Assembly: GCF_009914755.1 (NCBI RefSeq)
Contig: NC_060940.1
DNA from: the human T2T-CHM13v2.0 reference genome, Homo sapiens
Length of the DNA: 64,000 bases
Direction: 5' to 3' (one strand)
Shown: positions 19,816 through 33,569 of the stretch, piece after piece
Layout: every line of letters begins with the position of its first letter
How positions within the stretch are numbered: the stretch's first letter is position 1
Notes under the pieces: generated by a model
Seen by the model: the letters and a program-made list of their open reading frames with translations, nothing else
What the model was told of the DNA's origin: nothing
Databases searched by the model: none
Position numbers and translations under genes: made by a program

Positions 19816-21744
19816 GGAGCATCTAAAATCTACTATTTTGGAAAATCTATACATTTTAGATTAATATTTAAGGACATAATTATCTAAAAAATCTGGAGTT
19901 GCCAATGAAAGCATGGAAGGCTTCCCAGAGGAAGTGACATTTAAACTGAGTCTGGAAGGAAGAGGTTCTCACCACACATGTTAGGCTAAGTAGGAAGGAA
20001 AGAGAGAACCACATATGCAAAACTAGGAGGCAGAAAGACCACCAAATGTTTCGGGAAACCAAGAGGTGTTTGGTATTATTAGAGTCCAGCCTATGTGGAA
20101 CTGGTGGGATATGATATTAAATAGTATACAGACCTCTCTGGTTATGTTGATATTAATTTTTAAAGATATCCCCAATGCAGAGAAGGAAAGCATTGTGGCA
20201 GAAAACTGATGATTACACAAGGGTTTGAAGACCCATATTTTAATATTAATTCTATTGCTAACTTAAGCAATCAGTTTTCCTGATTTTCTGTTCCTTTATC
20301 TGTAAAGTAGAGACTATGAAATCTGACAAGGATGTGTTTATACCCTCCCAATACTGTACAAATACAGCATACTGGAATCAGAGAAGATTGTCTTCTCTGA
20401 GTAATGATGTAGGACAAGCCTATAAAAGAAGAATACTCCAGTTAAAGAAAAATAAAACTTTTCAGAACAAGTAAATGTGCTGTATTTAGGTCTCAGTGCT
20501 GGAACTGAATTGAGGCAAAAGGAACAAAAAACTGATGAAGGTATTGTCTCATGTGTAAACTAACAAGACACAATTTTAACAAATTCATTCCCATGTTATA
20601 TTTCCTGCCCTTTATGGCCAAAGATGTGGAACATATAATTCCGAACCTCAAACTTAAGTCTTTCTACTTCCTTGGTCATTTCTGTTCTTGATGTTGTTAC
20701 TGTTATTTCTACTTGATTCTCTCTGATTCTCTTCTAAGTATCTGTTAGGTGAAAGAGAGAAAATAAAAATACAGTACCTGGTAACTGGTAACAGGGATGT
20801 TGCAACGTAGGAGAATGCTTTTCCAAGCCATGCATCCTAAAGATACAAATATTTTTACTTAGGATATACGAGGGCATTAAATACTAAATGTGGGCAATAG
20901 AAATGTGAGTTTAGCAAGAACAGTCTTACAGAAGGCAAAGTGGGTAGACACATGGCTCCTCTGATGAGCAGGCACTCTTTTAATCTTCCTCTCTTTCGTG
21001 TGAGATGCTCCACGTCTAAGAGCCAGAACTGGCTGGCCCTGCACACTTCTCTAAAGCCCTCGTGCTCCCTGAAGCCATATTATATCAGTTCATCCCCCCC
21101 AAGACTCATTCATCTGCTTTGAAAGAACTTAAGGCCTCAGATGAGGTCCTTCAAATGGTCTTTAGATACTGAAGTCCTACTTCCTCAGTGCGGACATCAA
21201 AGTCTTCAAAAAGTGGGTATTAGCAGTAAATCAAGTGGTTCTCTGGACATGGAGGTGGGAGTTAGATTCAAGGACAAGTCTGTAGCCTTAGCTGTACCTG
21301 GCACCATATCTCAAATAAATTATCTTGTGGGTAACACTTAAATAGTCAACACAGGACAAAGTCTATTAAGCATCACCATCATTAAATGCTAATTAAGCAA
21401 CTATAATGAGCTAAAGGTTAAAAGAGATACCCAAGAGCAAAAACAACCATTCCCCCAAAGGCATCTATAGTTTATATAAGGATGCAAAACACATGCGTAA
21501 GAAGATAAACTAGCATGCATCTGGGGCCTCTGAGGATGCGGATGGCAGTGCATCAGAAGGTTATATTTATTAGCCTGACAAGGCTAACAAACTACACCAT
21601 TTCATGAACTACACCATTTCATTCATTAATATATCCCCAGAAACTAACATAAAGTGTGACACATAGTGGGGGACCCTAAAATATTTGTTGAATTGGAGGA
21701 TAAACGTAAAGATCTGGAGTGGTGATCAGGGAAGGCTGATTTGT

Positions 21745-22053
21745 ATTTATTTATTGTTATTATTACAATTATTATTATTTTGAGCTGGAGTCTCACTCTG
21801 TCGCCCAGGCTAGAGTACAGTGGTGCAATCTCCACTCACTGCAGCCTCCGCCTCCTGGGTTCAAGCAATTCTCCTGCCTCAGCCTCCTGAGTATCTGGGA
21901 TTACAGCCATGCACCACCAAGCCCAGCTAATTTTTGTATTGTTAGTAGAGACGGGGTTTCACCATGTTGGCCAGGCTGGTCTTGAACTCCTTATCCACCT
22001 GCCTTGGGCTCCCAAAGTGCTGGGATTACAGGCGTGAGCTATCGTGCCCAGCC
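21745..22053 (-). mobile_element. AluS
   Basis: Antisense Alu with (TTA)n-like tail. Confidence 0.93.
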
Positions 22054-22834
22054 GGCATACAATTTTTAGAAGACAGAATGTGCAGATGAATGATTGAGAA
22101 CACTGACTCTAGAACCAGACGTTCTGAATTTGAATCCTGGCGGTGTCACTCATAAGGTAGGTGATTTGGGGCAAGTTGTGTAACCTCTCTGTGCCTTGGT
22201 TTCATTATCTGTGAAATGGAAACAAGCATAGAGTGGTAGGAAAAATTGGATACTTGTAAAACACTTAGACTGGGATGTGATAAGTACTTTTTAGAGGTAA
22301 TTGATGATAATGATGAGGATAGGATCACAATAAAAAGATTGAGGTTCATACAGAATGAGCCATAGCTCAAGGAGTATTTAACGGCTGGAAACACGGGCCT
22401 GGCAGTGGTCATGTAGTGTGGTAGATGTGTTGGGAAGCAGTGAGAAATAAAAAAAAAAAGATGAGGCCCAGATCAGAGACAACTCCTCTCGAATGCCATA
22501 TGATCTTCATAGTGCAAGCCCCCAAAAATTTTATAAAGCAGTGTTCCTTGAGGGACATTTTAGAAGATGCCAAAATAAATTGCATTGCTTTTAATAATTG
22601 AAATACCTTAAGTGCCCATCAGCAGGAAAATGGCCTAAGAAGCTTTGAAAATTTTCTACTATGGAGTACTGTGCAGCAGATAAAAAGAATGAAGTCAGTC
22701 TATATGAAAGAATATGGAAAGATCTTCAAGGCAAAATGTTGAGTGAAAAAGGCATGTTGCCACGTCATCGTTTTGTTTTTAATTTTTTGAAGAACCATCA
22801 TGCTGTTTTCCATAGTGACCACACCATTTCACAT

Positions 22835-23015
22835 TGAGCCAACTCTAGCCCCAAACCTCGCTAAAAATATTGTCAAACCATCTTAATCAAACCATTTACC
22901 TAGACAAAAGTATAGGTGATAGAAATGTTTACTGTGGTGCAATAGACATAGTACCATAAGGAAAAGATGAATGAACTGAATCAAGCATTAAAAAGCAAAG
23001 ACAAATCCTTATACC
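22835..23015 (+). pseudogene. NUMT: 5' end of mitochondrial 16S rRNA (MT-RNR2-derived, non-functional)
   Basis: ctagccccaaacc, caaaccatttacc, aaagtataggtgatagaaat, gcaatagacatagtacc, aaagatgaa and caagcat are collinear with the start of human mt 16S (ctagccccaaacc, caaaccatttacc, aaagtataggcgatagaaat, gcaatagatatagtacc). Confidence 0.92.
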
Positions 23016-23045
23016 AACAGTGTATCAGGGTTCCTATTTCTCTAA

Positions 23046-23417
<372 letters not shown>

Positions 23418-24160
23418 TAAAAATTTTTTAATAATAGTTATTTTTACAGGTTTTAGGTCATATCTCATTGTGGTTTTGATTTCCATTTCCCTGATGACTA
23501 GTGGCTTGGAGCATTTTTTCATATACTTGTTGGCTACTTTTATGTTTTCTTTGGAGAAATGTCTATTCAGGTCTCTAGACCATTTTAAACGGGATGATTA
23601 ATTTTTTATTTCTTGCTATGGAGTGTAGGAGCTCCTTATAGATTTCAGAAGTCAACCGTTTATCAGATATATGTTTTGCAGATATTTTCTCACTTTCCTG
23701 AAGTTGTTTTTTCTACTCTGTGGAAATTTCCTTTGCTGTACAGAAGTTTTTTAGTTTGTTGTAGACTTATTTGTCTATTTTTGCTTTTGTTGCCTATGCT
23801 ATTGTTGTCAAATCCACAAAATCATTGCCAAGATCAATGTCATGAAGCTTTTCCCCCACTTATTCTTTCAGGAGTTTCTTCCAAAAGAATTGAAATCAGG
23901 ATCTTGAAGCGATGTTAGCACTCTCGTGTTTATTGCAGCACTATTCACAATAGCCAAAATGAAGACAGACAAGCTAAGTGTCCATCAGCAGATGAATGGA
24001 TACAGAACAATGAAATATTACTCAGCCTTCAAAGGCAAAGAAATTCTGCAATATGTAACACCATGAACTGAACCTTGAGGACATTATGCTAAGTGAAATA
24101 AGCCAGTCACAGAAGGACACATACTGCAAGATCTTATATATATGAAATATTTAAAACAGT

Positions 24161-24485
24161 GGCCGAGCGTGGTGGCTCACACCTCTAATCCCAGCACTTC
24201 GAGAGGCAGAGGGGGTAGGATCACCTGAGATCAGGAGTCTAAGACCAGTCTGGCCAACATGGCAAAACCCCATCTCTACTAAAAATACAAAAATTACTCG
24301 AGCGTGATGGCACGTGCCTGTAATCCCAGCTACTCAGGAGGCTGAAGCAGGAGAATCGCTTGAACCCTGTAGGCGCAGAGGCTGCGGTAAGCCAAGATCA
24401 CACCATTGCACTCCAGCCTGGGCAACAGAGTGAGACTCTGTCTCAAAATTTTAAAAATAATGATAATAATAATAATAAAATAAAA
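24161..24485 (+). mobile_element. AluS
   Basis: Sense Alu inside the L1; TSD-like taaaa(c/t)agt. Confidence 0.95.
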
Positions 24486-24839
24486 TAGTAAAATCACTGA
24501 GTTAAAAAGTGGAATGGTGGCTGCTAGGGGATGAGGGAAAGGGAAATGGAGAGTTGTTCATAAGCAATCGTAAAGTTTCAGTTAAGCGGAATGAATACGT
24601 TCTAGAGATCTGCTGTACGACACCGTACACAACCAACAATCCTGTGTGCTTCGACATTTTTTAAGAGATCTCATGTTGAGTGCTCTTATCACAGTAAAAT
24701 ATTTTTTTTAAAAGCGTGTTGCTAAATAAATAAATCATGATACTATTTACATGTACACACATGCAGGCACACACATTTCAACACATTTTCTATTCTACAT
24801 ATTTTCGATTGGCAAGTGTTTTTACAAATACAAAGAATC

Positions 24840-25153
<314 letters not shown>

Positions 25154-27276
25154 AGAATCACGTCTGGAAGTTCACATACACAAGTGCTGCCTTTGGAGAA
25201 GTGGAGAAAGAAATAGTATTTTAAGGATAAGAAGGCTGTCAAAGGGATTTTTAACCACATCCATAAGGGTTTTACTTTTAATAACGAGAGTATGCATTAT
25301 TTATGTAAACAAAAAGTAATCATTTTTAAAAGAAATTTGTTTGCATGGAGGAGAAACTCGAAGGTGGAAGCTTAATTGGAAACTATTGTAATTGTCTAGG
25401 TTTGAGGCCATGGGTAGCAATGTTAGAGATGGAAATGACAAAGAAAATTACAGTGTATGAGTCAACAGAATGTAGCGTAGCAGAAAAGAGAGGCCACAGA
25501 CTGAGATTCAAGGGAGAGAGTGAGTTCAGCTTTATAAACCAAAGTCCTGAGGACCGCTATTATGTAAACCTCTATTGCTTGCATGTGGATTGCTTTCTCT
25601 CGCATAATAATGACCAATTAGATCAGTTAATTTTGTCGATTAATTAGTTACTTGGTCCACAGCTGTGTTAACAGCTTTATGAAACAACCACAAAGAAACC
25701 CCCAGACAGCTGATTTGATATTGAGTAGCTACAAGCTTGGTCTTGTTTAATAAGAAATAGACCAAATGAGGCTAGAAGGTATTTATCAGTGCATTGAGTC
25801 TGATACACTAAATGGTTCACTACTGATCCAGGGAATTTATTTTTATGCCATCAAAAGAGAGTAGTTCAAACCTTGGGTGACTTGGATTTAAGCATTTCTG
25901 GTCAGTACAGAGCCTAAATGCATATTTCACTTGCATCCAAGCAAAATGACATTTATAATATCCTTTTCAAGGCCCACAGATAGCCCCTTTTCTTTCTGAC
26001 AGCAGATCCATTTAAAAATACAGTTACTGAATCAAGTTTCATATTAATTCCATTGGCAGTCTTCTATTGGCAATACTAAATATAGTTCACTTCAAATAAT
26101 GTAAGATGCAAGATGATTAACCTATTGAAGCAGAGTTCTTAATGTTGGGCAAATGAGGGTGGTAGCCCATGGATGGACCTCACAGATCTAAGCACATTCT
26201 GAAATATGATGAGGCAAAATTCTCTGAAGTTTTGTTTCTTAATTTGTCAGGGAGCACAAGTCCATGGTTTAAATGAGTTTTTTTAAAAAAAAATTTTTTT
26301 AGGAACTGCTACAGTTTTTTTTTTCTACACAATAGGTCATTGTAGCTAATTGAATTGTTCTAAGTGGACTACGAATTGCTGATTCTGACATACAAAATTA
26401 TAAAATTGAAGTTATTCATAGTAAGTCAATCCTTTAAGGAGCCTATGACATGTGAACGAATCAGTTTTTAAAAAGTTACAGTCTGTGATAGGTCAAACAT
26501 TTCTCAGAAACAATGTCTAAGAAGAAAAGTTTTAAGGAGAAAAAGGCTTAGTCTGGCTGATAAAAATTCTGGGAGACTTTTAGAAGCAGAAAGCACTGAA
26601 ATGTCCTTTATAGAACAGGTAGGAATTTACAGACAAATTATGAAAAGTCAAGTTCTCAGTTAAAAAAAAAAAAAAAAAAAAAAAAAAGGTGGGGAGAGGT
26701 TTAACCAGAGTCGTGGAGACAGGAAAAGAAAAGTCGTCCTCAACAGCTGAAACTTTCAGGGCAAAAGTAGGAGCAAAAACAAGAAATAAAGTCCTACTTA
26801 AGAAGGCTAAGCCCTATTCAATAGGAGATGTAAGAATTGAGGAGTTATTTAATGTTTCGGATCAAGGGGATGACACGAAGAGTAGATCTATCCAGTGTGG
26901 AAGTAGAAAGATTGGAAGAGACAGGGCCATTTTTCTGTACAATATCCAGGATAGAGAAGATGAGCCATTAAGACCAGCTGGGGCATGTGCAAGACCAGCT
27001 AGGGTTTGGAAGTAGCTTGTTGCCAAAATCAAAATTTCTGCTTCAATTGACTGCCTTTTTCAAATGCTTAGTTGACATGTGCATACATAGACACAAACCC
27101 TTAGCATCTGCTGGACTAAGTCCTAGGAGTACGCATTTGCAATATTCCTTCCCCTAGTAACTGACCTTTATCCTGGTTTGTCCTGGTACACTCAGTCCAA
27201 AAAGATACAGTTGCAGCAAACACCAGAGGACAGGAGTGAGTTCCCTCCACAACTTTCTGTTCCTTGGCTATAATCT

Positions 27277-27547
27277 TTTTTTTGAGACAGGGTTTCACTC
27301 TGTTGCCCAGGGTGGAATGCAGTGGTGTGATTACAGCTCACTGCAGCCTCGACCTCCCAGGCTCAGCCTCCCAAGTACCTGGGACCTCAGGTGCATGCCA
27401 CCACATCTGGCTAATTTTTCTATGTTTTGTAGAGAAGGGATTTTACTATGTTGGCCAGGCTGGTCTAGAACCCTTGGGCTGAAGCCATCTGCCCTCCTTA
27501 GCCTCCCAAAGTGCTAGGATTACAGGCATGTGCCACCATGCCTGGCC
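27277..27547 (-). mobile_element. AluJ
   Basis: J-type motifs; TSD cttggctataatctt. Confidence 0.9.
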
Positions 27548-28480
27548 TCTTGGCTATAATCTTAACATCCTGCCTTTCTTATCACCATAAGACATCCATG
27601 AATGTGGCAATCTCCACCTTATCCCTGCTTGGAGAAGAGTAGCCCTGTCTGTCTTCACCATCCCCTTGCTTCTATCTATCATTTGAAAAATTAATTATAT
27701 AACATACTCAGGCTGATTAGTAAATAAGTGGCCACAGGGCCAGAGGACATATCGAATAAAAAATACTTTCACTTTCTCTAGAAACTATAGCACTGAAGCA
27801 CAGGAAAAAAATCTGAGGTCTCTACATCACACCACCTACAGAACACAAGCTACTGAGATCATCGTCTTGCATATAATTATTGGGACAATTCAACAGAAAG
27901 AAAAGGAACTGTAGGATGGGAATCTGATCGTGTACAGAGATTTCCACAAAATGCAGTGGGTGTGCATGGTGTTCTGTGAGAGCAAGTGTTCTTTGGTAGG
28001 AAATACTAAATCTCCTCTTAAGTCACAGGTGATTATAAACGTGACTTTTTGCTTTTGGCAGACACAAAAAAGGAAAATGCCTACCCACAAGACTGGAAAA
28101 GAAAAAGGCTAAATATTAAGATCTCAACCTAATTTTATCAATTAGCGGCTGAACAGGAGTTAGATGAGGCCAGTATCTTTGAACAGAAGCTTCATGTTTG
28201 ACCCAATTTGATGAGCAGCAATTGATCTTGTGAGGTCCAGAGATTCCCTGAGACCCCCGTATAATACTATTTCCTCCTGGAGAGAACATTACTTTTGAAC
28301 AGGGTGCTCCAGAGTCTATGTGTTATTTCTAAGATTATCTGGCTCCTCTGTAATAAGGAAGAATTTTTCATTGTCTGAAGGTTCTTTGCTTAATGTTTCA
28401 TTTTTCTGGGTAATTGTTGCAGGTACAAAAGTCCCTCATTATTTAAGAATCTTAGTCAGTAAAATGGGTAAGTATGTAGG

Positions 28481-29090
28481 TGTGAAAGGAAAATAAATCT
28501 TGGGTTCCCAACATCACTCAGCTCAAGGGAAATGTCAAGCTGGGAACTGGGTCACTTGCCTCCCCTTTTGCTTCCTCAATAAGACGGCTACAAGATGAAA
28601 GCTACATGCCTCCCCATATTTTGCCCACAAGGAAACACCTAGTGAGCTCCCAGATCTTTACTCTGAATTGTTTCTGTTAAAATGTAACCATGGCAATGTA
28701 AATTGATAGCTTATCTTTAGAGGGACAGTCACCCCCTGCCCCAGACACAAATGCCTATCTGATTGTTCCCTTGCCCCATTTTGTCTGTTATCTTATGTAA
28801 AAAATGTAGACTCTGTATTTTTCCTCCACCCCATTTTTGTCTATGTCATCTTATTTTTTAAAAAACGCAGATTCACAGAGCCAGACAAAGGCATAAGTAA
28901 CTATTTTTCCCCACTCCCTTCTTACACAAAAATTGTGTACTTCTCAATATCCTGCCCTTTCCCCCTTTAAATTTGGAGCCCTCAAAATCATCTTCAGAGA
29001 AAGGCATAGACCTGTCTCCTGGGTGCATGTCCTTAACTTTGGCAACTCCTAAAATGATTGAGATTGTTTTGTCATTTTTCTCAATTGAGA
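28481..29090 (+). mobile_element. MER4-family solo LTR
   Basis: tgtgaaaggaaaataaatcttggg start; TSD tagg. Confidence 0.8.
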
Positions 29091-29118
29091 TAGGTAAGTA
29101 GGTAGATAAACAGATAGA

Positions 29119-29711
29119 TGGAGAGAGAGAGGAAAAATAAATCTTGAGACCCCCAAATCACTAAGCCAAAGGGAAAAATCAAGCTGGGAACTGCTTAGGG
29201 TGAAACTGCCTCCCATTTTATTCCAAAACAAGATAGCTACAAAGATATGAAGCTATGTACCTCCCTCACCATTTGTCCACAGGAAATTCCTTGTGGACAA
29301 AGGACAGACAGAACTCAAAGTCGTCCCCCGAGACTCACCTGAGACAAATGCATATCCAATTGCTTCCTCTGCCCTACTGTTTATGTAAAAATGCAGACTC
29401 ACTGAGCCACACTAAACTGTGTATTCGGTGGAAGGCTGGTCAAGGACTCAAAAGAATCCAACCTTTTGTCTCTTATCTACTTCTAATCTGGAAGCCCCCA
29501 CTTGGAGTTGTACAATATGTGTATTATATACCTTACACATATTGACTGATGTCTCATGTCTCCCTAAAATGTATAAAAGCGAGCTGTATACCAACCACCT
29601 TGGGCACATGTCATCAGGACCTCCTGACGCTGTGTCACAGACGCTTCCTTAACTTAGCAAAATAAACTTCCTAAATTGACTGAGACCTGCCTCAGCTATT
29701 TGGGATTCATA
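29119..29711 (+). mobile_element. MER4A-family solo LTR
   Basis: Similar along its length to 7307-7967. Confidence 0.85.
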
Positions 29712-29718
29712 ATAGATA

Positions 29719-30239
29719 CGTTACCAGAAAGGGGTCCCTATCCAGACCCCAAGAGAAGGTTCTTGGATCTCACACAAGAAAGAAAGAATTCAGGGTGAGA
29801 CTGTAAAGTGAAAGCAAGTTGATTAGGAAAGCAAAGGAATAAAGAATGGCTACTCCATAGACAGAGCAATCCCAAGGGTTGCTGGTTGCCCGTTTTTATG
29901 GTAATTTCTTGATGATATGCTAAACAGGAAATGGATTATTCATGCCTCTCCTTTGAAGACCATATAGGGTAATTTCCTGACGTTGCCATGGCATTTGTAA
30001 ACTGTCATGGCGCTGGTGGGAGTGTAGCAGTGAGGATGCCCAGAGATCACTCTCGTTGCCATCTTGGTTTGGTGGATTTTAGCCGGCTTCTTCACTGCAA
30101 CCTGTTTTATCAGCAAGGTCTTTGTGACCTGTGTCTTGTGCCGACCTCCTATCTCATCCTGTGACTCAGAATGCCTTAACTTCCTGGGAATGCAGCCCAG
30201 CGGATCTCAGCCTTATTTTACCCAGCCCCTACTCAAGAT
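29719..30239 (-). mobile_element. MER41A-like solo LTR
   Basis: gttaccagaaaggggtccc...ccagaccccaagaga start; ctcagccttattttacccagcccct near end; lacks the tandem-GAS segment of MER41B. Confidence 0.8.
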
Positions 30240-30242
30240 AAA

Positions 30243-30251
30243 TAGATAGAT

Positions 30252-30295
<44 letters not shown>
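30243..30295. repeat. (GATA)n microsatellite
   Basis: Direct reading. Confidence 0.95.
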
Positions 30296-30332
30296 TCTAC
30301 CACCAATGTCAAAAATAAGGTTAAAGAACACT

Positions 30333-30789
30333 TGTGAGGGGCTAATAACCTCCTCCAAAGGCATCTACATCGTAATTCCCAGAACCTGTGAATATGTTAC
30401 CTCACTTGGCAAAAGGTACTTTTAAGATGGGATTAAATTACAGAGATCAGCCTGCATTATATGTTTTGGCCCAGCGTAAGCAAAAAGGATCCTTATAAAA
30501 GGGAGGTAGAGACCAGAATCAGAAGAGATGTGGCAACAGGAGCAGAGATTGGAGCGATGTACTTTGCAGATGGAGGAAGGGGCCCCAAGCCAAGGAGTAC
30601 AGGCAGCCTCCTAGAAGCTGGGAAAAGCAAGGAAATCCACCCTCCTCTAGAGCCTCCAAAAGGAATGTAGCCCTGCCAGCGTCTCAGCTGAAGGACTCCT
30701 GACCTCCAGAACTGTAAGGTAATACGTAGTGTTGTTTTGAGTCATTAACTTGCGGTCATCCTTTGCAGCAGCAATAGAAAACTAATCTA
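30333..30789 (+). mobile_element. MLT1 MaLR LTR (MLT1C/D-like)
   Basis: cccagaacctgtgaatatgttacctc ... gcagcaatagaaaactaat. Confidence 0.8.
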
Positions 30790-30896
30790 GCCCTATAATT
30801 GGAGTCATTAAGGCCTCTTATTTCTGCCCAAAAGAAACAATAAAAAGGTAAAAATGCCCCCTAACAGCCACCACCACCACTTTCCTACCACAGGCC

Positions 30897-31561
30897 TGTG
30901 GCAGGCCAGGTTTCCCTAACGGCTGAACAGGCAGGCCTTAGTGGCCTGTTCAGCACTGACTGAGTGGTTAAGTTAAATATTAAAAGCTGAGAGAACCAGT
31001 GCCCTTATACAAAGGCTGGAATGTGACAAAAGCCCACCCAGAGTTGTGCCCAGGCCTTCCCTGGGCCTTGAAGCATGACAAGATAACGAAGGAATTCTTA
31101 ACAGGACCCATTTAGGATTCAACAAGTTTTACTGGCGGTGTGAAGAAACTCCCCAGGCCTCCACAAACAAGTTTATTGGGAGTCTGAAGGGACTCCCCAA
31201 ACCTCCATGATTTAGCAGCAGACAAGATAAGGGTAATCACCCCAGCACCTGGACCCATTTAGATTAAGTAAATTTACTGAAGCTCCAGAGGAAGGTCTTC
31301 AGGACTCAGACCTTAGACTAGAATAAACTAATCACTTAGGTCTCTAGATGAATATACACTTACACATGGACATAGCTTAGTACGTATATAAGCTCTGGAA
31401 AACTTTGTAATTTTGAGTTGGTCTGGCAGTATTTTCCAGGCCTATTCTCTGTAACTGGTTACAGAAATAGAAACTCCCTCCTTTCCCAGTTCATCTGCAT
31501 GCATCTCATTACTGGGCCGTGAGAATAAGCAGCCGGACCTTCTCTGTTTGGTCTGGGAACA
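30897..31561 (+). mobile_element. ERV1 solo LTR (MER39/MER34-like; family uncertain)
   Basis: tgtggcaggccagg...gactgagtggttaagttaaatattaaaagc start; ggtctgggaaca end. Confidence 0.65.
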
Positions 31562-31645
31562 GGTCCCCAAAGGCACCTGAAGGATCTGACCTACAGTGAA
31601 GACCTCATTCTACTGTCTAGAGAAACAAATTATTAGAAATTATTA

Positions 31646-31816
31646 GAAAGGCTTTATTAGCCATTTATTTCTAATATCTATCCATTAGAAATTATTTATT
31701 AGAAATTAGAAATAATTATTAATTTATTAGAAACTCAAAAAATTATTTATTAGAAATTAGAAATAAATAATTTCTAATAGACAGATATTGGAAATAAATG
31801 TCTAATAATGCCTTTC
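31646..31816. repeat. AT-rich inverted duplication (55-bp arms) with internal direct repeats
   Basis: 31646-31700 versus reverse complement of 31762-31816: 50/55 identical. Confidence 0.9.
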
Positions 31817-31841
31817 ATACAACTATGAAATAAATGTCTAA

Positions 31842-32210
<369 letters not shown>

Positions 32211-32690
32211 TTATCCATTATTATTAAAAGAATAAAAACGTGGCCTGGCACAGAGCGTGAGCAGCCCAAGAAGGCAAATCCTCCAACACTAGTCAAGCAA
32301 AGAAGGAAAAATCTGCACAAGGCAAGTCAGGCCTGAGGTTTCATGGAAGGGTGATTTCATGGAGGAAAGCATTACAGGGTGAGGTGGCACATTGGTTTAG
32401 CGTGGGTCTCCTGAGAGCAGTGTCCATGACAAAGGCCTGCATGCAGTAGTTCATTAAAGACGTGACTGTAGCGAGTTAGAGTGAGAGATTCCAGGGAAGC
32501 AGAACAAGGGAAAAGAGAAAGCAGTCCATACATGTACAATGAGGGGTCACTGCCCAGGGTGACAGGCGCTCAGTTTGCAAATGTTAATGAATTGCATTTG
32601 TGGAAATGCAAATGTGAGTAAATGCATCTCAGAACTCTTTGCCTGAGGCATTTACCTGCTCAGCCCCATTGTCCATGAGTAGTACATGGA

Positions 32691-32721
<31 letters not shown>

Positions 32722-33170
32722 CACACACATTCCTGGGTCCCAGGTGAAAGTCAGTTCCAGCAGTCCACCCCCATTACCATCATGGTGTCAGAGAAGCCCT
32801 GAGGTGGGAAGCCGGAGATATACCCGAGGGTCCAGGGTGGAGGATGCCCAGCTGAAGATGGTTGGCCTTGCTCTGAACTGGTCACTGAAAGAACATCTGG
32901 AATAAGAAGTGGGGTTGGGAGGATGTACAGTGGTCTTCAAGAGGGATCCAATACAATGATAAAACCCAAACAATGTAAAGGAAAGAAGGATATATTTAGA
33001 AGCCTAAAAAAAAAAAGCAAATCAGCCCATATAGTGTGGTCAGTACCATGTGTTATCAATGGGGCATGGAGCTCCTGGTCTATAGTTACCATATCTCCAA
33101 CGCCTGCCATGATACTAGAAGCCACCATAGCAGGTCCTCAGAAAAAGTAGGTAAGAATGAATTAAGTTAT

Positions 33171-33544
33171 TGATAAAGTTTGGCTGTGTCCCCACCCAAA
33201 TCTCATCTTGAATTGTACCTCCCATAATTGCCACATGTTGTGGGAGGGACCTAGTGGGAGATAATCAAATCCCTGGGGCAGTTTCCCTCCTACTGTTCTT
33301 GTGGTAGTGAATAAGTCTCACAAGATCTGATGGTTTTATAAGAGGTTTCCCCTTTTGCCTAGCTCACATTCTCTCTCTTGCCTGCCACCATGAAAGACGT
33401 GACTTTGCTCTTCCCTTGCCTTCCACCATGATTGTGAGGCCTTCCCAGCTGCGTGAAACTGTGAGTCCGTTAAACCTCTTTTTCTTTATAAATTACCCAG
33501 TCTCATGTATGTCTTTATCAACAGCATGAGAACAGACTAATACA
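33171..33544 (+). mobile_element. THE1 (C-like) solo LTR
   Basis: tgataaagtttggctgtgtccccaccc ... cagactaataca; TSD gttat on both sides. Confidence 0.92.
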
Positions 33545-33569
33545 GTTATTTTCCACTGCCCTCTCCCCT

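Noticed and set aside
22835-23015. Functional rRNA or humanin-like (MTRNR2L) gene
   Set aside because: Only ~180 bp from the 16S 5' end; the humanin ORF lies much further 3' in 16S
29719-30239. Interferon-inducible MER41 enhancer
   Set aside because: Reads aaaggagaggcatgaataatcc on the minus strand, lacking the tandem GAS segment of MER41B; fits MER41A
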